Origin: Smithellaceae bacterium
Lineage (GTDB): Bacteria; Desulfobacterota; Syntrophia; Syntrophales; Smithellaceae
NCBI GenBank assembly: GCA_963667845.2
Contig: CAXXVL010000002.1
Coordinates: forward strand, 640,001 to 704,000
Length of the DNA: 64,000 nucleotides
Reading direction: 5' to 3'
Position numbers and translations under genes: made by a program. Under the pieces are notes generated by a model that saw only the letters and a list, made by a program, of their open reading frames with translations, did no database searches and had not been told where the DNA came from. Positions 58,445-64,000 of the stretch are shown here, piece after piece; position 1 is the stretch's first letter, and each line of letters opens with the position of its first letter.

Positions 58445-60418
58445 CTACAGTCTGTTTTTGACGATGTCGTCAACCACCGACGGATCGGCCAAGGTGCTTG
58501 TATCACCCAGGTTGCTGATGTCGTTTGCGGCGACTTTCTTTAAAATTCTTCTCATGATCTTACCACTGCGGGTCTTGGGAAGACCATCGGCCCACTGAAT
58601 CTTATCGGGGGTCGCGATGGGTCCGATAACCACGCGGACATGAGCGATCAATTCTTTCTTCAGGGCGTCGGTTTTCTCGACGCCGGTCTTCAGGGTAACA
58701 TACGCGTAAATGCCCTGCCCTTTGATGTCATGCGGCATGCCGACAACGGCGGCTTCCGCGACGGCCTTATGAGCAACCAGTGCGCTTTCCACTTCGGCGG
58801 TGCCCATACGGTGACCGGACACGTTGATAACGTCGTCGATGCGGCCGGTGATCTGATAGTAACCGTCTTTGTCACGGCGGCAGCCGTCACCGGTTACATA
58901 GTAGCCGGGGAACTGTTCAAAGTAGGTTTCCTGGAAGCGCTTGGGATCGCCATAAACGCCTCTCATAATGCCGGGCCAGGGAACTTTGATGCACAGTGCG
59001 CCGCTGGCGACCGTCTCTTTGAATTCCTTGCCTTCGTCGTCGACCAGCACGGGCTGTACGCCGAAGAACGGCATTGTAGCCATACCGGGTTTAATGTCAA
59101 TTGCGCCGGGCAGCGGGGTAATCAGAATGCCGCCGGTTTCAGTCTGCCACCAGGTGTCCACGATCGGGCATTCGCCGCGGCCGATCAGGTTGTAATACCA
59201 GTTCCAGGCTTCGGGGTTGATCGGCTCACCGACAGTGCCGAGCGTCTGCAGGCTGGAGATGTCGCACTTCTTCACGAAATCGTCGCCTTCTTTAGCGATG
59301 GCGCGAATGGCGGTCGGAGCGGTGTAGAAAATGTTGACCTTATATTTTTCAACGACCTGCCAGAAACGGCTGTAGGTCGGATAGTTCGGAACGCCTTCAA
59401 ACATGACGGATGTTGCGCCATTGCACAGAGGCCCGTAAAGGATGTACGTGTGACCGGTGACCCAACCCAGGTCGGCGGTACACCAGTAAATGTCGCCTTC
59501 ATGATAATCGAAAACGATCTTATGGGTATAGGAGCCGTAAACCAGATAGCCGCCCGTGGTGTGCATAACGCCCTTGGGCTGTCCGGTGGAACCTGACGTG
59601 TAGAGGATGAACAGAGGATCTTCTGCATCCATCCATTCCGGTTCGCAAACGGCAGAGGCTTTGGCTACTTCTTCATGATACCATTTGTCGCGGCCGGCAA
59701 CCATATCGCACTTAATCTTATCGCCCACGCGGTTGACCACGATAACGCTTTTGATCGAGGGGCAGGACTTCAATGCCTCGTCAGCGGTAGCTTTCTGAGG
59801 AACGGCCTTGTTGCCACGGAAGGTACCGTCACAGACAACCAGCACCTTGGCTTCACCGTTGACAATTCTATCTCTGAGCGCATCGGCACTGAATCCGCCG
59901 AAAACGATACAATGAACGGCGCCAATCCGGGAACACGCCAAAGCCGCGATGCCCAGTTCGGGAACCATCGGCATATATAGACAAACGCGATCGCCCTTCT
60001 TCACGCCTTGAGCCTTCAACACATTGGCGAACTTGCAGACTTCTTCATAGAGCTGCTTATAGGTTATTGCTCTTTCTTCGCCTGGTTCGTTGCCTTCCCA
60101 CTGAATGGCAACTTGATTGCTGCGTTTTTCAAGGTGACGGTCGAGGCAGTTGTAAGAAACGTTGAGTTTTCCACCTTCAAAGAATTTTACGTAAATAGGA
60201 CCTTTTTTGATGTCAAAGTTGTAGTCCATCACTTTGTCCCATTTTTTGAACCAAGTGACCTGCTGTTCCGCAATTTCCGCCCAGAATTTGTCCGGTTCCT
60301 CTACGGAGCGCTTCCACATCTTGTCATAGGCTTCTCTGCCGCTGACCCAAGCTTTCTTTTTTGCCGCCTCCGGAATCGGATATATTTCCTTCAATTGAAC
60401 CTTCCCTGCATCCGCCAT
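58445..60418 (-). CDS. acs: AMP-forming acetyl-CoA synthetase
   Basis: [56 protein letters not shown]. Confidence 0.97.
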   Translation of the reverse strand: MADAGKVQLKEIYPIPEAAKKKAWVSGREAYDKMWKRSVEEPDKFWAEIAEQQVTWFKKWDKVMDYNFDIKKGPIYVKFFEGGKLNVSYNCLDRHLEKRSNQVAIQWEGNEPGEERAITYKQLYEEVCKFANVLKAQGVKKGDRVCLYMPMVPELGIAALACSRIGAVHCIVFGGFSADALRDRIVNGEAKVLVVCDGTFRGNKAVPQKATADEALKSCPSIKSVIVVNRVGDKIKCDMVAGRDKWYHEEVAKASAVCEPEWMDAEDPLFILYTSGSTGQPKGVMHTTGGYLVYGSYTHKIVFDYHEGDIYWCTADLGWVTGHTYILYGPLCNGATSVMFEGVPNYPTYSRFWQVVEKYKVNIFYTAPTAIRAIAKEGDDFVKKCDISSLQTLGTVGEPINPEAWNWYYNLIGRGECPIVDTWWQTETGGILITPLPGAIDIKPGMATMPFFGVQPVLVDDEGKEFKETVASGALCIKVPWPGIMRGVYGDPKRFQETYFEQFPGYYVTGDGCRRDKDGYYQITGRIDDVINVSGHRMGTAEVESALVAHKAVAEAAVVGMPHDIKGQGIYAYVTLKTGVEKTDALKKELIAHVRVVIGPIATPDKIQWADGLPKTRSGKIMRRILKKVAANDISNLGDTSTLADPSVVDDIVKNRL

Positions 60419-60861
60419 GTTAGATATTCCTCCTAGTTTTAAATTTTAGTATTTTCAAACGTTTACTCAACGTTTCGCCATAAAAAATAACTTTTCATTT
60501 AACTTCAAGGAAACTTATCGCCATATTAACTTAAAAAACACCGCCTTTTTGCAATTCTGCAGAATCGGACCGACGCTTTAAAATGCCATGAATGAACCGG
60601 AATTAAGCTTGCAAACACGAGTGCTTCGGGCACGCTTAAGGTGCGCAGTGAGAGAGGTGACTCACTGGAGTTGAGGTGTGCACTGCCATCTGTGAACACA
60701 TAAAATTAATTTACCTTAAGCCGCGAAGCGCCTGGAAAGCTCGCCTGCGTCACTTTTTTTATTAAAGAATTAACAACTTGCCCCTGGTGCTCTGCTTTTT
60801 GAAGGGGCGCCACTTCTGCAAGATGCCTAAAGTGTTGAATCTAACTGATTTATAAACATGA

Positions 60862-60888
60862 GGTCAAAATTTGACCGCAAGTCAAAAT
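60862..60888. promoter_or_regulatory. Operator-like palindrome GGTCAAA-A-TTTGACC plus an extra GTCAAAAT half-site upstream of acs
   Basis: Perfect 7-bp inverted repeat at 60862-60876 and a repeated half-site at 60881. Confidence 0.5.
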
Positions 60889-61744
60889 ATTCTGGGGATT
60901 CCCCTACCTTAATACGACCCGCGTGTCAAGAAATATTTAGAACTGAAAGTGTCCACGAAAAGACGTCGCCTTTCTGAAAATTAATTTATTTAAAAAATAA
61001 ACAATATTGAAGCAATACGTAAAAGAGCGGCAGACAGAACGACGTCACGAATCCTGGTTGAATACCTTCAAGACTCTAGTCACGATGCAACAATCTTGAT
61101 GTTGTCAATAAGTCATCAAATGGCTTTAGAGAGACGGGGTAAATGACACTTTTCGGTATCGATGAGATATTTCACGTAGGCTTGCTTCTGGCTTTTTTTC
61201 AAAAATGCTTGTGGCTGCATTTATGACATCGCTAGCATCATCGGAACCCATCTAGACTGACGCAGATAGATGTCGCGGTTAATGCGTTCAATCTGAAATG
61301 AAGTTGAAGAAGCGATGCCGCCCATGGACCTGCAGAGAAATATGAACAATTTTCTGGTACGATTTCGTGATGAATTTCTTGATCTGCGACCTCTTTTGTT
61401 CATCAGAGATGAGGGATAGTCACATCGCAGAGCGGTTTCGAGTCCACCCCGAATACATAGGCGAATTCACTACCGCTAGCACTGATCTTTGCCGGGAGGC
61501 CCCTGCAAAAAGCTCTCTTGAAAAATGGTTGTATACGCATTCAGGGTCATCTGGATATGATTTTTTATGAACAAAATAGTATGTTTACGATTTATCTTGA
61601 TATTGCGTCGCCCTCAACGCGATCAAATATGATTCATCCCTTATTTGCATGCTCCGGTCCCGATCTTGAGCCCTGTGCAAAATTTGGAGGATAATGAAAG
61701 CTGCCCAAGACGCGTGATTACCCACTCCGGCATAAAAATGCTTC

Positions 61745-61774
61745 TTGACTAATGTCGGGTATTATGACCATAGT
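61745..61774 (+). promoter_or_regulatory. Candidate sigma70 promoter (TTGACT-N18-CATAGT)
   Basis: Resembles the consensus, with an AT-rich stretch downstream; 340 bp upstream of the RRM gene. Confidence 0.35.
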
Positions 61775-61833
61775 ACATCATATAAAGCGTATTATTTTTT
61801 AGAATTCTGACTATCTTTTAATCAATGAGACGC

Positions 61834-61869
61834 AGCCACCGAACTCGCTTTTTGTTCTGGTGGTTTTTT
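61834..61869 (+). terminator. Terminator-like hairpin within the putative RRM leader
   Basis: agccaccgaac-loop-gttctggtggtttttt. Confidence 0.55.
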
Positions 61870-62086
61870 ATTTACCGCACTGCGATGACGAGATCCTCTG
61901 AATTGCAGGCGATATCGATAAGCCTGGCGGGAACGCGCAGGCCGGTGAGGCATACAGGCCCTCCCTTCAACCTTCCTTCTCAATCAGGAGCTGGATGGGG
62001 GTGATGACGATGCTTTGTGGAACCCCACGGGGGAATGAAGGTTTAACATATGCCAAACAGTTGGCATAAAGAGAAAGGGAACTAAA

Positions 62087-62443
62087 ATGAACAAGAATTT
62101 GTATGTCGGCAACCTGTCTTTCAAGGTCACGGACGAAGACCTGAAGACGAACTTTGCGGAAGCAGGAGAAGTAGTCTCCGCTTCTATTATTAAAGACAAA
62201 TTTACCGGTCAGTCCAAAGGCTTCGGTTTTGTCGAAATGAAAACCGAGGAAGGCGCAACGCAGGCCATTCAGAAGTTCAACGGTGGCATGCTGGATGGCA
62301 AGGCCATTACCGTTAACGAAGCCAGACCGAAGAAAGAATTCGGCGCGGGCGGCGGCGGAAACCGCGGCGGCGGTGGCGGCGGTTATCGTGGCGGCGGAAA
62401 CCGCAGCGGTGGCGGCGGCGGAAACCGCGGCGGCAGATATTAA
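62087..62443 (+). CDS. RRM (RNP) RNA-binding protein with Gly/Arg-rich tail
   Basis: RNP2 LYVGNL, RNP1 KGFGFVEM, VNEARP, GGGGNRGG repeats. Confidence 0.95.
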   Translation: MNKNLYVGNLSFKVTDEDLKTNFAEAGEVVSASIIKDKFTGQSKGFGFVEMKTEEGATQAIQKFNGGMLDGKAITVNEARPKKEFGAGGGGNRGGGGGGYRGGGNRSGGGGGNRGGRY

Positions 62444-62467
62444 GATCCGTTAGAAATTTTTGATTTT

Positions 62468-62515
62468 AAAAAGAGCAGAAGGCAATTGACCACAAAACTT
62501 CTGCTCTTTTTTTTT
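62468..62515 (+). terminator. Rho-independent terminator (possibly bidirectional)
   Basis: aaaaagagcagaag ... cttctgctcttttttttt. Confidence 0.8.
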
Positions 62516-62753
62516 ACCTCAAGATCCCATACGAGGCGTACGTAAGCACCTGGCAATCGTAACCAGAACTATTGACGAAATGAGATCATCATCAATTCTT
62601 TGTTCCCACTCCAAACCGCATTTTCAGTCTTAAACTAGGACGTGATTGCCGACAGACTCCCGGCACTGCAGCGACATTCCGCTGCGTTGATACATTTCAT
62701 TTATTTCCGCAATCGCTGATCCCGGATGATTTCCGGGAGGAGCACCCATAAAT

Positions 62754-64000
62754 CTATTTACTTGAATTAATATACTCGGTAATTTTCGCTGCGATGGTTT
62801 TAACCACATATTCAAATTCATCGACATCCTTGTCCAAAAGCGTCATGCGGAAACCAAGGAGCGGTGAAAAGAAGGATGTCAGCGGCACAACACAAATTCC
62901 GGTTGAGGCCAGCAGATAGTAAACGAACCGCTTGTCGTATTCAATATCCTTCGTAAGACTTTCCACATAACTTCGTACCTCAGGCTGCGCAATAGGTAAG
63001 GTTTGCCGTTCATTGAGCACTGATTCGTTGAAAACAACCGTCATATAGAATGCGCCGTTGGATTTGTTGGAGATCACAAAGGGAACATCCTTCAAAACGC
63101 CGTAAGCGATAGCTGACAATTTTTCATAATGTTGCGTACGTTGCCGCAAGTAATTCTTATATTCGGGATGCGTCATAATCCGGGGAATTGCCATCTGAGG
63201 CAAAGTCGTGGAGCATACCTCCGACATTTTCTGATGCAAAATCGTGTTGATGAAACGGGCAAAAATTGGGTCCTTTTCCGCATTATAGACTTCCATCCAG
63301 CCGCAGCGCGCACCCGGCCAGGGAGCCTCTTTGGAGATGCCCTTCATGGCAATGCCCGGAACATCGCCGATGACATCGCCGATCGGCACGGTTTTCTTAC
63401 CATTATAAACGATATTAATGTAGGTTTCGTCGGAGATCACGAAGAGATCATTTTCTCGAGCGATCCGGACAACGTTTTCCAGCGCCTCCGTGGGATAGAC
63501 GAAACCGGTGGGATTGTCGGGATTGATAATTAAGATGCCGACAATCGCCCGGTGACTTCTCACTTTTTGCTCCAGTTCGCGCAGATCCGGATGCCAGTTG
63601 TTGTATGGATTCATCCGGTAAGTATTGGGCGGGAATGACGCATGAAGGACTTCCGCCATCAGGTGCGTGGAATAAGTCGGCTCCGGCATAATCATGCGGG
63701 CATCCACCTGGATGGAACTGTAGGCGCGGGCAATAGCGTCGCCCAGACCATTGAAGAAGATAATGTTTTCCGGTGTAATTTGAACTTTGCCTCGCGCGTT
63801 AACGCGGTCGGCAATAAATTGTCGGGTGTCGTCCACACCCTTGGTCGGGGAATAAGCGTATGAAGCATTGTCCTTAAGTATATCGATCAGAACTTCCTTC
63901 ATCCAGTCCGGAATATTTTCACCTTTTTGAACCGGATCGCCAATATTCTCCCAGATTATTTTTAGTCCGTATTCCTGCATTTTTTTAGCGATGAGCACAA
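62754..64000 (-). CDS. PLP-dependent class I/II aminotransferase (AlaA-like); 5' end outside the window
   Basis: ENIGDP, INPDNPTG, DETY, GISKEAPWPGARCGW. Confidence 0.88.
   Translation of the reverse strand, partial: VLIAKKMQEYGLKIIWENIGDPVQKGENIPDWMKEVLIDILKDNASYAYSPTKGVDDTRQFIADRVNARGKVQITPENIIFFNGLGDAIARAYSSIQVDARMIMPEPTYSTHLMAEVLHASFPPNTYRMNPYNNWHPDLRELEQKVRSHRAIVGILIINPDNPTGFVYPTEALENVVRIARENDLFVISDETYINIVYNGKKTVPIGDVIGDVPGIAMKGISKEAPWPGARCGWMEVYNAEKDPIFARFINTILHQKMSEVCSTTLPQMAIPRIMTHPEYKNYLRQRTQHYEKLSAIAYGVLKDVPFVISNKSNGAFYMTVVFNESVLNERQTLPIAQPEVRSYVESLTKDIEYDKRFVYYLLASTGICVVPLTSFFSPLLGFRMTLLDKDVDEFEYVVKTIAAKITEYINSSK

Noticed and set aside
58640..59596. Long antisense ORFs (this 318-aa one, also 25755-26543, 32924-33676, 35323-36036, 37072-37788)
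   Set aside because: They are shadows of well-conserved genes with strong codon bias and have no recognisable motifs.
60601..60660. c-di-GMP-I riboswitch (GCAAAC seen)
   Set aside because: The GNRA loop/receptor and the CGCAAAGC segment are missing.
61200..61570. Small ORFs in the acs-RRM intergenic region
   Set aside because: They are short, lack a convincing SD or motif and conflict across strands. A decayed gene cannot be excluded, but I cannot support one.
62341..62440. GGC-rich repeats as an independent repeat element
   Set aside because: They are fully explained by the Gly/Arg-rich tail of the RRM protein.
1..64000. CRISPR array, tRNA/rRNA, prophage or intact transposase
   Set aside because: I saw no regularly spaced repeat-spacer units, RNA gene signatures or phage/transposase ORFs by eye.

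Overview
Bacterial chromosomal window. The gene content (acs-etfBA-membrane Fe-S oxidoreductase-crotonase, RRM protein) suggests an anaerobic syntrophic deltaproteobacterium of the Syntrophales/Smithella type; this is inference. Positions 1-44.2 kb form a large cell-surface glycan region. The minus-strand block (1-30.4 kb) has two distinct Wzm/Wzt ABC exporters, gmd plus an rmd-like reductase (GDP-D-rhamnose), a WbdA-like multi-GT4 polymerase, six SAM methyltransferase domains, a BKACE/acyltransferase pair, rfbB and a PglF/CapD dehydratase. The divergent plus-strand block (30.5-42.9 kb) has LPS-core-type GT4/GT9, a GT10 and a CDP-3,6-dideoxyhexose pathway, and converges on an O-antigen ligase. 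Then come folD, a YtfJ-like protein, an acyl-CoA ligase that appears to start at ATT, a carbamoyltransferase/SxtJ/DUF5989/SGNH cassette, gpmI, the ETF/acs cluster, a 1.7 kb intergenic region, an RRM protein and a truncated aminotransferase. The top candidate for a new system is the carbamoyltransferase cassette. Its 52-aa membrane peptide, missing from the ORF track, ends in PFIYTLF, matching the DltX/AlgI tyrosine acyl-shuttle motif, and lies next to a membrane-anchored SGNH enzyme. This suggests an MBOAT-free relay that carbamoylates envelope polymers. No rRNA, tRNA, CRISPR or intact transposase was seen. All calls come from reading motifs by eye; no database search was run.
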